A stretch of 64,000 bases of DNA, taken from IMG/VR virus record IMGVR_UViG_3300038410_000026, positions 31,393-95,392 of that record; one strand, 5' to 3'. Numbering within the stretch: the stretch's first letter is position 1; each line of letters starts with the position of its first letter. Origin of the DNA: a virus. This document shows positions 15,904 to 26,200 of the stretch, in pieces. The notes under the pieces are model-generated. The model made no database searches, had not been told where the DNA came from, and worked only from the letters and a program-made list of their open reading frames with translations. The translations under genes were made by a program, and so were the position numbers.

Positions 15904-16791
15904 ATGGGAGTTTTTGACGACATCTTGGAAAACGTCGAGGATGACGACAAGGAAATCTTCGACAAGTACCCGCAGCTTAAAGAAACGGTAGATGGCTTAG
16001 AGGCCCGTTACTCTGATGCCGACAACCGCCTGAAGGGATGGGAAAGCTGGGCGCTCAAGCACTACAACTACGACAGCGGGAAAACCACTGAGCAGATCGC
16101 AGCCGAGCGGAAAGCCCAAGAGATGGAAGCCAGAGCCAGGGCGCTGGAAGCTTTAAAGGATACGGAAATGACATTCGATGAAATCCTCGAAGGATTGAGG
16201 GGACAGGGATTTGTCAAGCGCGACGAGATCCCCGAAGTGGTTAAGCAGGCCACTTCGGGCTTGGTGTCTCGGGAGGAATACAGCAATTCTCAAAACCAAC
16301 TGGCCTTGGGATTTGAGTACATCTACAAGAAGACCGCCCATCTCCCGTCCAAGCACATGAAGGAATTCGGCGATCCGATGAACATGAATGACTTCATGGA
16401 CCATTGGCAGAAGTCCGGGATCAAGGACCCGGATCAGGCTTACGAATCCTTCATCTCTCCCTTGAAGCAGGAGCGCGACAAGGTGGCGGCGGAGAAGCGG
16501 GAGAAGGAATACCAGGATCGGGTCGAAGCCGCCCGCAAGGAAGGCGAGGAAAAAGCTCGCCGAGAAATGTCGATGGGGCAGGGTGGAAGGATTCCCAGCG
16601 ACCAAGGCGGAACATCCGGGATGGGGATGTTGGAGCGACAGATTATGCAGAAGCGCACGCAATCCGGGGCACAGAAGGATAATCCCCCCGAAATCCCTGA
16701 CAGCGTGAAGCTTGGCGACGGGACACTGGCCCAACTCGGGTACGAAAAGTACCTGAAAGGAGAACTCGGAGCGGACAACAAAGTTCAATAG
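15904..16791 (+). CDS. Capsid scaffolding protein
   Basis: Charged coiled-coil protein immediately upstream of the major capsid gene. Confidence 0.7.
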   Translation: MGVFDDILENVEDDDKEIFDKYPQLKETVDGLEARYSDADNRLKGWESWALKHYNYDSGKTTEQIAAERKAQEMEARARALEALKDTEMTFDEILEGLRGQGFVKRDEIPEVVKQATSGLVSREEYSNSQNQLALGFEYIYKKTAHLPSKHMKEFGDPMNMNDFMDHWQKSGIKDPDQAYESFISPLKQERDKVAAEKREKEYQDRVEAARKEGEEKARREMSMGQGGRIPSDQGGTSGMGMLERQIMQKRTQSGAQKDNPPEIPDSVKLGDGTLAQLGYEKYLKGELGADNKVQ

Positions 16792-16805
16792 GCTCCGAAT
16801 GAACT

Positions 16806-17774
16806 ATGGCGCTGACTTTAACTGAGATCAACGCTTACACTCTCCAGTATATTGTTCCGAAGACCACTGATGTGATCTTCCTGAACAGCCCGGTTTTCAC
16901 CCGGCTGCACAGTCGGAACATGGAGAGGTTTTCGGGCGGCTTGCAGATTCAGCGGCCAATCATTGTTGGCCAATTGAACGGTGGTCCGCTTGGCCGTGGC
17001 GATCCGATGAACATCGATTTCGTCACGACCGATACGGCACTCGTCGTGGACATGAAGGCGTACTACACCAACATCACGCTTTATGGATTCGACTCCATGA
17101 AGAACGATGGGGAGCAGGCGGTTTTCTCCCAGGTGGAGTTGAAATTCCAGAACGCCTCGCTCACGATGGCGAAGCTGCTCGCAACAGACATGTATCTGAA
17201 CGACGTGGCCCCTCGCACGAAGGCCCTGACTGGATTCCAGCAGTGGTACGACGACGGGAACACCTACACAACCATCGGGGGAATCCTCCGTTCGGATGTG
17301 CAGACGGTGGGCACGGTCGGCGGCTTGAACTCCTATGTGGCGACCTTGACCACATTCTCGCTCCAGGCGGTGAACACGGCCTATGGAAACGCATGGTTCG
17401 GCAACGACCACGTAGATCTAATTCCGGCCACGCAAAATGGCTGGAACCTGATGTGGAACGCCATGCAGCCCCTCCAGCGTTATTACGACAAGGAATCGGA
17501 TGTCGGCGTAGCTGGCTTCCAGTCCTTCCGTTTCAACGCTGCCGAGGTGGTGGTGGACAAGTATATGTCAACCGGAACCAACGGAGTCATGTATGGGTTC
17601 AACACCAAATACATCGAGTGGTATTTCTCCACTAATCCCAAGTTCCAGTTCGGGTTCACCGGATTTAAGGAAACGAACAATACCATCGATGTGGCGGGCC
17701 AGTTCCTGGTCGGCTCAAATATTGTGGTGCCGAACCCGCGCAGCGGCTTCAAGCTACTTTCTACGCTGTTCTGA
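16806..17774 (+). CDS. Major capsid protein
   Basis: 322 aa; DVIFLNSPVF, GGLQIQRPI, GGILRS, GFQSFRFN..VVVD and N.R..GF motifs typical of HK97-fold podophage coats; synteny. Confidence 0.88.
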   Translation: MALTLTEINAYTLQYIVPKTTDVIFLNSPVFTRLHSRNMERFSGGLQIQRPIIVGQLNGGPLGRGDPMNIDFVTTDTALVVDMKAYYTNITLYGFDSMKNDGEQAVFSQVELKFQNASLTMAKLLATDMYLNDVAPRTKALTGFQQWYDDGNTYTTIGGILRSDVQTVGTVGGLNSYVATLTTFSLQAVNTAYGNAWFGNDHVDLIPATQNGWNLMWNAMQPLQRYYDKESDVGVAGFQSFRFNAAEVVVDKYMSTGTNGVMYGFNTKYIEWYFSTNPKFQFGFTGFKETNNTIDVAGQFLVGSNIVVPNPRSGFKLLSTLF

Positions 17775-17788
17775 GGAGGTGAAAGACT

Positions 17789-18217
17789 ATGGTAACCAGT
17801 GGAATTGCGACAGATCTTGGCGGTCAAGTAACCTTCCGGCGCTTCACCATCACCTACGCTGATCTGACGGATGCCGATACTTCGCAGACCATCAACCTGT
17901 TCACTCTGCCGAAAGGCGGAATTATCCTTGGTGTTCGCATCAAGCATTCGACCGCTTTTTCGGGTGGTACGGTGGCCACCTGCACGGTTTCGGTGGGATC
18001 TGCTGCCGGTACGGCTACCGATTTCGCTTCGGCCTACGATATCTTTTCGGCTGCCGGAGATACGGCCTTCCAGGTCACATCCGAATTCAAGGCTGTAACT
18101 TACGTAGCCGACACGGTGACTGCCACTGTCACCACAACGGTAGGGAACGTGACTGACACTACGGCTGGATCTGTGGATATCGATGTCTGCTTCCTGAACG
18201 TGACTACTCCGCTGTAA
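17789..18217 (+). CDS. Putative capsid decoration protein
   Basis: Beta-rich, T/A-rich; LFTLPKG.II motif; follows the capsid gene; GGAGGT SD. Confidence 0.6.
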   Translation: MVTSGIATDLGGQVTFRRFTITYADLTDADTSQTINLFTLPKGGIILGVRIKHSTAFSGGTVATCTVSVGSAAGTATDFASAYDIFSAAGDTAFQVTSEFKAVTYVADTVTATVTTTVGNVTDTTAGSVDIDVCFLNVTTPL

Positions 18218-18239
18218 AGCTGAGGGAGGTGATCCAAAA

Positions 18240-18449
18240 ATGTCGATTGAAGCTTATCACGCGCCGTTTTCACCGGCAGGAACGAGCCAGTATTGGGGGA
18301 CGGCAGCCCCAGCAGCCGCAACAGACGGAGCCTATCAGTTGGGAGATATCGTGTGGAACACGGTCCCCACTTCCGGCCAGCCCATCGGTTGGGCTTGCAG
18401 CGTAGCCGGAAGCCCTGGGACCTGGATAGCGATGGCGAACTACGCATAA
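18240..18449 (+). CDS. Small virion protein (GDIVWN..P..G..GW.C..AG.PGTW motif)
   Basis: GGAGGT SD; motif common at fibre termini. Confidence 0.65.
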   Translation: MSIEAYHAPFSPAGTSQYWGTAAPAAATDGAYQLGDIVWNTVPTSGQPIGWACSVAGSPGTWIAMANYA

Positions 18450-18458
18450 GAGGCTCAC

Positions 18459-19079
18459 ATGGCAGCTATTTCAGAATTCAAGAACAATCAGCCGCAGAGC
18501 GCGGTTCAGTATGGGACCACGGCAACGGCGGCTCTCTTGGAGGGGGCCGGAACTTCATCCAGCCCCTACTCTAGCGGCACCACTGCCGACAAGAATTTCA
18601 TCGGCTATTGGCTGAAGACCACCGCCCTCAGCGGCACCACCAGGGGCGTGTATCTCCGGCTCTATATTGCCGGGGCCGGATGCTCTGGCGAGGCTGCCCG
18701 CATTTTTACCACGGTCAATGGCGTAGCGGGAGGCACCGGAGGTATCCATGGCGCTCACATCACGGGCAGCCTGGATGCCACTGGAACCTGCGGTGGACTG
18801 TTGGTGGGATGCCGAGCGACCCTTGGAGTCAGCGAGGCTACCCGGAGTTTGTCCGGAACCTTCGCCGCGCTTCAGGTGGACAGCGACATCGGCACGGGGA
18901 ACACAATGCCCGGAACCACCAGCTTCATCCGGGTGGCGAACAACAACTCGGTGGCGATTGCGAACCTGTTCGAGATTCCCACCGGGGTTGTGACCAGAAA
19001 GGGCTCCGCTCCGAGCGCGAGCGATGGTCTGGCATGTAGGATCAATGGAGCTTTGGCCTACATCATGGTCGGGACATAG
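18459..19079 (+). CDS. Gly/Thr-rich virion protein (head fibre-like)
   Basis: Composition and position. Confidence 0.6.
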   Translation: MAAISEFKNNQPQSAVQYGTTATAALLEGAGTSSSPYSSGTTADKNFIGYWLKTTALSGTTRGVYLRLYIAGAGCSGEAARIFTTVNGVAGGTGGIHGAHITGSLDATGTCGGLLVGCRATLGVSEATRSLSGTFAALQVDSDIGTGNTMPGTTSFIRVANNNSVAIANLFEIPTGVVTRKGSAPSASDGLACRINGALAYIMVGT

Positions 19080-19083
19080 GCGG

Positions 19084-19422
19084 ATGCGGAAGCTGGATGT
19101 TTCGGATTATCCGTGCGAGGTGTTAAGGGCGACTCCGGAAAATCCCGAAGGGGTCCTCATCACCGAGCCGTATGAAGTGAAGAAGTCCATCGTGGGCGTG
19201 ATGTTTTCCCAGGAGCGCTTGGATGCCCACGAGCTTTTGGAGCGGGACGATCTGGCGAAAAAGGTTCTCTCATCCAATGGGTTCATTCTCTTGGAAGAAG
19301 CGGAATACATCAGAATTAAGGCTGCGTTTGAGGCGTTTCGAGGGTTCCGCAGGATCGACGTGGATCTGGTGCGAAGGGTAATGAATGCACCTGAGATCAA
19401 AGTCCGGGAAGCTGATTCCTGA
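19084..19422 (+). CDS. Hypothetical protein (possible fibre chaperone)
   Basis: Helical; ILLEEAEY..IK motif. Confidence 0.6.
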   Translation: MRKLDVSDYPCEVLRATPENPEGVLITEPYEVKKSIVGVMFSQERLDAHELLERDDLAKKVLSSNGFILLEEAEYIRIKAAFEAFRGFRRIDVDLVRRVMNAPEIKVREADS

Positions 19423-19445
19423 TCCGGTAGACCAAACATCAAGAG

Positions 19446-19478
19446 AGGGCCGGTGGCATCGAGCTTCCGGCCCTTTTT
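19446..19478 (+). terminator. Rho-independent terminator after the capsid operon
   Basis: AGGGCCGG...CCGGCCCT followed by a T-run. Confidence 0.7.
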
Positions 19479-19497
19479 GCTAGTTGAAGGAGAAAAG

Positions 19498-19806
19498 ATG
19501 GGTCCAGTAACGATAGTCGTAAAGGTATTGGCGGCGGGAACCCCAGTTCAGGTCACTACGGACAGTACGGTTGTTGCTTCAATGCTCAATTTCCATCCGG
19601 TAGCTGCCAATGCGGGCAACGTCTATGTCGGATCTTCCGGTCTGAACAAGACTTCATTCGCCAATGTAATCACCGAAATCGCCAAGACTGGGCCTGACTT
19701 CCAAATTATTCCCGGAGCGGGTGCCAGTGCATTGGTGGTTTCCGAGTACTGGATCGATGCCGTAAACACCAACGATCAGGTCACCGTGACGTACTGGACG
19801 CTCTGA
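19498..19806 (+). CDS. Small beta-rich virion protein
   Basis: AAGGAG SD; NAGNVYVG motif. Confidence 0.7.
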   Translation: MGPVTIVVKVLAAGTPVQVTTDSTVVASMLNFHPVAANAGNVYVGSSGLNKTSFANVITEIAKTGPDFQIIPGAGASALVVSEYWIDAVNTNDQVTVTYWTL

Positions 19807-20960
19807 TGGCACAGTGGGGAGACAAGTTGTTTTCGATGCGAGGGCGGGTGATCCAATTTCGCCCTGGCGTATCGAAAGATCAAGTGGACGGCTGGATCAA
19901 TGACCGCATCCGGCAAGCCATAGACTCGCGCATCTTTTGGTCCGATCTGCTGCAACCGGGTCTTATCGCGGTTCCGGACATGTACAACACCGGAACGGCT
20001 ACCACCGCCAACGGTTCTGGAACGGTCGCGGGAACCTTGACAGCGTGGCCGATTGACGACAAGGTGAACACCACGCTCGCAGCAGCCGTGGATGAAATCG
20101 GATATTTCCCCGCCACTCCGACATCTATGACCGGCATCACGGCGGATACAATCCTGCTGGTAGACAACGGCGGATCAAACCAGGAAGTCGTTCCGGTGAT
20201 CCGTGTGGACACCACACAGTTCATCGGAAAGTTCTCCAAATATCATGATGCTGGCGAAACGATTACCTGTTCTTCTTTGGTAGGCAGGCAATTCCGGGTT
20301 TCTTCGAGCTATCCGATTTTCACGGTTCAGGCCGTGACTTCCGCCACCAGCCTGCTGCTCGACAATCCCTGGAGTAGCACCGGATTGACCGATGTAGCCT
20401 ACCAAATCATCGGGATGTATTACACCCTGGCCACCGATATCAAAGACATTCTGACCGTTGTGGACACCCAATACGGGGGCTGGCCGTTGCGTTATCACGT
20501 TTCGATTTCGGAACTGAACTGGCGCGATCCCCAGCGCACTTCTTTCGGGCCACCGCAGATGCTGGCCGATCTGGCTCCCAATGCTTGCGGCAACATGCAG
20601 TACGAGCTTTGGCCGACACAGTACGCAGCCCGTCAGGTCTGGTATCTCTATCGCAAGCAATGGCCAGAACTCGTGAATGATAACGACGTTCCGCCGTGGT
20701 TTATCAATCCCATGGTGTTCGTTCACGGTGCGATTGCTGACGCCTTGCGCTGGCGTAAGGGCAAGGAAGACCCTTTCTTCAATCCCGATCTGGCGGAAGT
20801 ATTTGAGCGTAAGTTCCTGATGGGCCTGGACGACGCGAAGAATGCCGACGAGTCCAAGTCGCCCAACCAGTATTCGTTCGACTACACCAAGATCTTCGGA
20901 GCCGGAGGAGCCAATTTCTGGGTTTCCCACGATCCGGATGTCTGGAATTGGGAGATGTAA
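19806..20960 (+). CDS. Head-tail adaptor-like protein with inserted beta domains
   Basis: Helical termini (WIND..RQ; VHGAIADAL) flanking a beta-rich insert; ELWP motif. Confidence 0.6.
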   Translation: MAQWGDKLFSMRGRVIQFRPGVSKDQVDGWINDRIRQAIDSRIFWSDLLQPGLIAVPDMYNTGTATTANGSGTVAGTLTAWPIDDKVNTTLAAAVDEIGYFPATPTSMTGITADTILLVDNGGSNQEVVPVIRVDTTQFIGKFSKYHDAGETITCSSLVGRQFRVSSSYPIFTVQAVTSATSLLLDNPWSSTGLTDVAYQIIGMYYTLATDIKDILTVVDTQYGGWPLRYHVSISELNWRDPQRTSFGPPQMLADLAPNACGNMQYELWPTQYAARQVWYLYRKQWPELVNDNDVPPWFINPMVFVHGAIADALRWRKGKEDPFFNPDLAEVFERKFLMGLDDAKNADESKSPNQYSFDYTKIFGAGGANFWVSHDPDVWNWEM

Positions 20961-21316
20961 TGCCACCTCGTTTCATGAGAAATCGAGCCATGCCAATGCC
21001 GGTAGAGCCAGCAACCGTGCCCCCTGAACGGAAGGATATGCTGACGGAGCACCTTTCTCCTGCCAATCGGCAGGATGTTCCATTCAATGCTCCCATGCAC
21101 GAGTTTCTGGGAGCCACCGCCCGCTTGCAGGAAGAAAAGGCGGAGATGCGGTATCAGAAGAAAATGAACCAAATGGTCGATCCGGTTCATGACGAACAGT
21201 TGTGGCAGAGGAAGATGCGAGATCACGAGATCATCCACAACTATCGACGCACGGTGACCGACATGCGCGGAACGCAAACCAAGACCCGAGAGGGCATGAC
21301 GATCCCGAAGCCGTAG
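20960..21316 (+). CDS. Hypothetical protein
   Basis: TAATG coupling. Confidence 0.6.
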   Translation: MPPRFMRNRAMPMPVEPATVPPERKDMLTEHLSPANRQDVPFNAPMHEFLGATARLQEEKAEMRYQKKMNQMVDPVHDEQLWQRKMRDHEIIHNYRRTVTDMRGTQTKTREGMTIPKP

Positions 21317-21317
21317 T

Positions 21318-21536
21318 ATGCCCAGAAAAGCGAGCAGAGGCGAATTGGAGAGCCTGTCCAGGTATTTTCTCTCTCCGTCCAGACGCAAGACAGGCGGAAT
21401 GAGAGTACGGACTAGAAAACAGAAAGGCTTCGCCGAGCGCGTAGAGGCTGCCGACCGGGGCCGGAAGCGGATGCAGGCACGGATGCGGAAGACAGCGAGG
21501 GTGCGCTTTCGGCGAAGAAGAGGTTCCAGGCGGTAG
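21318..21536 (+). CDS. Small Arg-rich basic protein
   Basis: Fills the gap exactly; C-terminal RFRRRRGSRR. Confidence 0.6.
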   Translation: MPRKASRGELESLSRYFLSPSRRKTGGMRVRTRKQKGFAERVEAADRGRKRMQARMRKTARVRFRRRRGSRR

Positions 21537-22187
21537 ATGCCGTCTTATACTTTGGCGGATCTGGAGCAGCGTGTTTACTCCAGGCTGGAAAATAATTCGG
21601 TTTTTTACCCGCAGGCAGAAGTCGATGCGGCGGTGAACGAATGTCTTCGCGTTCTGAATTTACATACCGGGTTTCTCCAGAATTCCGTGGTCATCACATC
21701 GGAAGCTGGTCGGGTTTTTTACGACATTCCGTATCCTATGCTATTCCCCATTGCCGTAACCCTCGCGGGTCGGCAGTTGAAACGATCTTCCCTGCCCTCG
21801 ATGGCATTGAAATTCCGGGACTGGACGAGGCACGCCAGTTCGACCTTCGGGCCAGTTGCGGACTGGATGCCCCTCGGTATCCGGAAGTTGGCGATCCATC
21901 CCGCCGATTCAACCGGGGGCAGGGAACTTAAAATTTATGGAGTCATTGAGCCGACAGTTTTGGTGGGAGCTACTGACGCCATCATTCTTCAGGACGAGTA
22001 CGTGGACATCTTGGAAGAATATGCTGCGCATATCATACAACTAAAGGAGGGGGGCAAGATCTTCTCCGATGCTTCCCTCCTCTTTTTGAGGTTCCAGGAA
22101 AAGATGCGGGAATACGCACGATGGAGGAACTACGTTCAGCCACGGTACTTCGTGGAGGTGGAGAGTGTGAAGATCGCTGGAGGGTAG
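21537..22187 (+). CDS. Adaptor/gatekeeper-like tail protein
   Basis: TLADL..RV..RL, E+DAAVNE, IHPA and LEEYAA pattern. Confidence 0.65.
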   Translation: MPSYTLADLEQRVYSRLENNSVFYPQAEVDAAVNECLRVLNLHTGFLQNSVVITSEAGRVFYDIPYPMLFPIAVTLAGRQLKRSSLPSMALKFRDWTRHASSTFGPVADWMPLGIRKLAIHPADSTGGRELKIYGVIEPTVLVGATDAIILQDEYVDILEEYAAHIIQLKEGGKIFSDASLLFLRFQEKMREYARWRNYVQPRYFVEVESVKIAGG

Positions 22188-22202
22188 GGCCAATACCCGG
22201 AA

Positions 22203-23015
22203 ATGATTTCCGTATCCAATATCTACAGCCAGATCTGCACGATACTCATGGAGCCTCTGCCAACCGGACTGAGCACCGGCACCCTTACCGAGCAAGACTT
22301 TCTCAACATTTTCAGCGACATCATCCAGGATTTCGTCGAGAGGGCCAGCCTGATCAAGCAGTTGATTAACATTCCCGCAGAAAGCGGTGTGAACTTTTAC
22401 ACGCAGCCGGATTATGCGCTTTCAATCCAGGAGATTCTCTACGACGAAAAGTACATGTATCTGACCGACTCTCTTGAACTGGATGCTTTGCTGCAAATCT
22501 GGAGAAATATGACCGAGGCGGTTCCCCGTCGCTGGGTGCAGGATCGCACCATGGTAAACACCTTCGAAATCGTGGGCGCTCCCCTCTGGGATGGATACAC
22601 GGTTACGATGACTGCCCCATTGTACGGGACCCTTTCCAGTATAAGCTCAGTTAATGATTTTACCTTTACAACTTCAGCCCCGCTGTACGGGACCATTTCC
22701 TCTTATACCGGCCCGATGTACCTCGAATCCGGGGGCGGAATGCTGTTGGGCACAATCTCGGATATGGTCAGTTCAAACCATAACCTCGTCCTGGTTTCTC
22801 CGGTGAAGCCGTCCGGGATAGATTTCAGCCTGTCCAATATCATTGAATTCGTTTTGGACAGTTTCACTCCCTATATCAAATACGGAATCCTAGCCAAGAT
22901 TTTTGAGATCGACGGGGAGATGCGGGATGTCTTGCGGGCAAGGTACTGCAAGGCCAGATATGAGGAAGGAATCTTGTTGGCGAAGGCCATCGCAGCGGAG
23001 GCAGTGGAGGCGTAA
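22203..23015 (+). CDS. Adaptor/gatekeeper-like tail protein
   Basis: Similar architecture (IKYGILAKIF..DGE...RA.Y...RY). Confidence 0.6.
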   Translation: MISVSNIYSQICTILMEPLPTGLSTGTLTEQDFLNIFSDIIQDFVERASLIKQLINIPAESGVNFYTQPDYALSIQEILYDEKYMYLTDSLELDALLQIWRNMTEAVPRRWVQDRTMVNTFEIVGAPLWDGYTVTMTAPLYGTLSSISSVNDFTFTTSAPLYGTISSYTGPMYLESGGGMLLGTISDMVSSNHNLVLVSPVKPSGIDFSLSNIIEFVLDSFTPYIKYGILAKIFEIDGEMRDVLRARYCKARYEEGILLAKAIAAEAVEA

Positions 23016-23275
23016 TGCCATCTAGCAACACCATCACACCGCGCAAGCTTTATGTCGAGGATCTGGATCTGACCACCAATGCGAGCGGTGCCACGGCTTC
23101 GACCAACGTACTGGGCGCTCCCTCTAATCCAGTTACGGTCAACAAAATCGACATGGTGCGGCTGACGCAATTCACCCAGGCCGCTAATGATGCGGCGGCT
23201 GCGGCGGCTGGCGTAAATCTGGGTGAAGTCTATTACAACACCACGAATTCCAAGCTGCACGCAAGGCTGACCTGA
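23015..23275 (+). CDS. Small virion protein
   Basis: C-terminal ANDAAAAAAGV.LGEVYY motif. Confidence 0.6.
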   Translation: MPSSNTITPRKLYVEDLDLTTNASGATASTNVLGAPSNPVTVNKIDMVRLTQFTQAANDAAAAAAGVNLGEVYYNTTNSKLHARLT

Positions 23276-26200
23276 TGGCGATCAATCCTCCAGGCGAGTA
23301 CCAGCCAATCACGGTTCCTTTCGGGGACCGGGGTTGGGTATTGAAGCTCGATCCATCTCTTCTTCAGCAGGGACAATATCAGCTTGTCCGGAACATGGTC
23401 AGCTTGCAGGAGGGATCGATCCGGACCCGCAATGGGTATCGGGCGTTGAACACTGATCCTTTCCTGCTGATCATCGAGGCTGGAAACGTGGATTACATCC
23501 ACAGCATCGGCTATCTCATCACGGGGGCCGATCTCTCCTCGAATTACCGTTACATCGGGGGAAACCAGTATATCTTCCGGATGGACTCCAATGTTCCTCC
23601 CGGAAACTATGATTTAATCGCCGACCTGAACAACACGGAGTTCGGCAAACGATGGTCGATGGTCGGTTATCGCAAGAATTCTTCCGGATATCCATACGCT
23701 TACTTCGCCACCACGAGCTTCATGCTCAAGGACCCACTCACCGACAACACTACGGGGGCCTTGTTGGGTCAAGCCAATCCCGCTGCGGACGCGAAGCAGA
23801 TTCAGAAGTGGGGGATCGACGCTCCCCCGACTCCGGTGATCTATGTAGGAGCGAATGGCGGAGGGCTGCTCGATCCGGTAATTTCCACCTACAACTACGT
23901 CATCACACGAAAAAACCCCTTCACGGGAGTAGAGAGCAACCCTTCCATCCCTATGGCAGTCGAGATCGGAGATCCGGTCCTGACTCCCATGAACCCGAAT
24001 TCTTCGATCAGTCTCCTGATCGATCCCTATACCTGTTCGCTGCAATATCCAGACCCATCAAATACAAACGTTCTTTTTAAGGACCCGCAGGTTTATGGCA
24101 AGCAGACCATCTGCCTATACCGCAAGGGCGGCTCCTTTTCCGATGGACTGTACCGATTCGTGAGAGCATTCGATTCCGACGATACCGGGAACCCTCCCAC
24201 TATCCCCGATTTCACTGGGATCTTCCCCTGGACGGACAATGTTCCCGATGCTGACATTATTGACGGTCGCATAGTTGATTTCGACAACTTCTGTCCTGTA
24301 GTGAGCACCACTCCAGTTCCGATTGTCGCTGACATTATTGCTCTCGACCCAGTTCCCGGAGCTCCCGTCAAAACCTTTTACGTGAAGCTCGATGTTCACC
24401 AGGGATTTTATCCCAGCCATTCGACCATCCGGGACATCTTGCGCATCGGCAGCACGGTTACGGTAGGCTCCGGTGAGCTTAAGGAGCGGGCCATCGTGCG
24501 AGCCTTCCGGGACACCAGCCCGAATGATACGGTCGTCCTTTACCTTCAGAAGACGCATACCGTACCAGCCGATCCGAGCATCCAGCCATACGAAAAGCTG
24601 ACTTGCGATGCCAATACGAACCAGCCCTGCCGATTCTCGGCTCTGGCGTATGACTCTTTGTTCCTGGCTGGAGACGAAGCCAACCCCAATATTCTCTACA
24701 AATCCAAGATCGGCAGGCCGGAATACTTTCCGGTTATCAATCTCACCGATGGCACTCCCGGAAACGTCGAAGTGGGTTCGCCATCGAACCCGATCATGAA
24801 CATCTGCGAGTTCAACGGCAGCCTTATTTCATTGAACAAGGCTCGCATCTACGTGGTGCCGGTTTGGGGCAACCAGATGGGCGCTCCCCAGGAGACTCCA
24901 GCGCAGCGCGGATTGATCGCCAGTTGGGCATGGTGCAAGGGGGACAACTTCCTCGCCTATGTTGCCTATGACGGAGTGTATATCTGGAGCGGAAGCGACA
25001 GCATCAAGATCAGCGAAGAGATCGATGCTCTGTTCAAGGGGGAATGGATCACGGTCGATGGGGAGAACATCGCCCCCATGAATCTGAGCGATCAGATCCC
25101 CGAAGGGGAATTCCTCTCTCCGGCAGATCGCATCAACATGGAGTACTTCCGCAACCAATTGCTCCTCGCCTATCAGGACATTAACGGAGGAGTTCAGCGG
25201 TTGCGATGGCACGAGCTATACCGGCGCTGGTCGCTCGACTCGGTTTCTCCCACTGTGATGAAGCTCGAAGCGGAAACGGGCAACCTGCTCTTTGCCACCG
25301 CTGATCCTGCCAACGGAGATACGATTGCGCATCTGAATTTGGATGATGTTCCGGCTACTCCTACATCCACTTCGACATCCGATGGATGGACTAGCTCTCA
25401 AGCTGACGGAGCCTCCATCGACTGGAAGCTGGTGACGGCCTCCTACACCCTAGGTAGTCCCACCCTTCAAAAGCAGTGGGGAGATATCATCCTCGAATTA
25501 AACAACCCCGCCGATACGGTCACCGTAAACATGTATTACGACTACGGGGCGGTGGATGCGGTGGATGTTTTCACGATAGCTCCAGCCACGGGCCGACGCC
25601 GATACACCTTGCCCTTCAATGCTGGAGCGGCGCGGGAAGCCTATGGCATGACCTTCATGTTCACGGGCAGCACCAAGCAGCCTACCACGCTCTATTCAAT
25701 GACGTTCACGGCCCTGCCCCTGACCAGCATCATGAAGGGCAGGGCCTATGACTGGGACAACCTGGGCTACCCGCACGACAAAAAACTTCAGCAGTTGTCC
25801 ATAGAGTACGACGTGGGCGGATCTCCGGTGACGCTCAATCTCGATACGGTCAGCGGAATCGGCGGAGCCACCGAGACGCAAGCGAAGCAGACTTTTGATC
25901 TGGTCAGCCCTGCCGCCACCTTTCCCACTGGCCCGGTGAGGGCCAGAACCTCCTTCCCGATCAACGATGGAACGATTGTGAAGCTGGCGCGGCTGCGTCC
26001 CACGATTCCGGCGCTCGAATTCAAGATCTGGTCGTACAACTTCGACTTCATCCAGTACCCGCCCGATATCGTTCCCTGGACCGAGTGGAGCGATCTGGGC
26101 TATCCCTGCGAGAAGATCCTGCGGGAGCTTCTGATTCAGGTGGATACCGGAGGCGTTGACGCCACCACCAGCGTGCAGGTCGATGGGGTGACGGCCCAGA

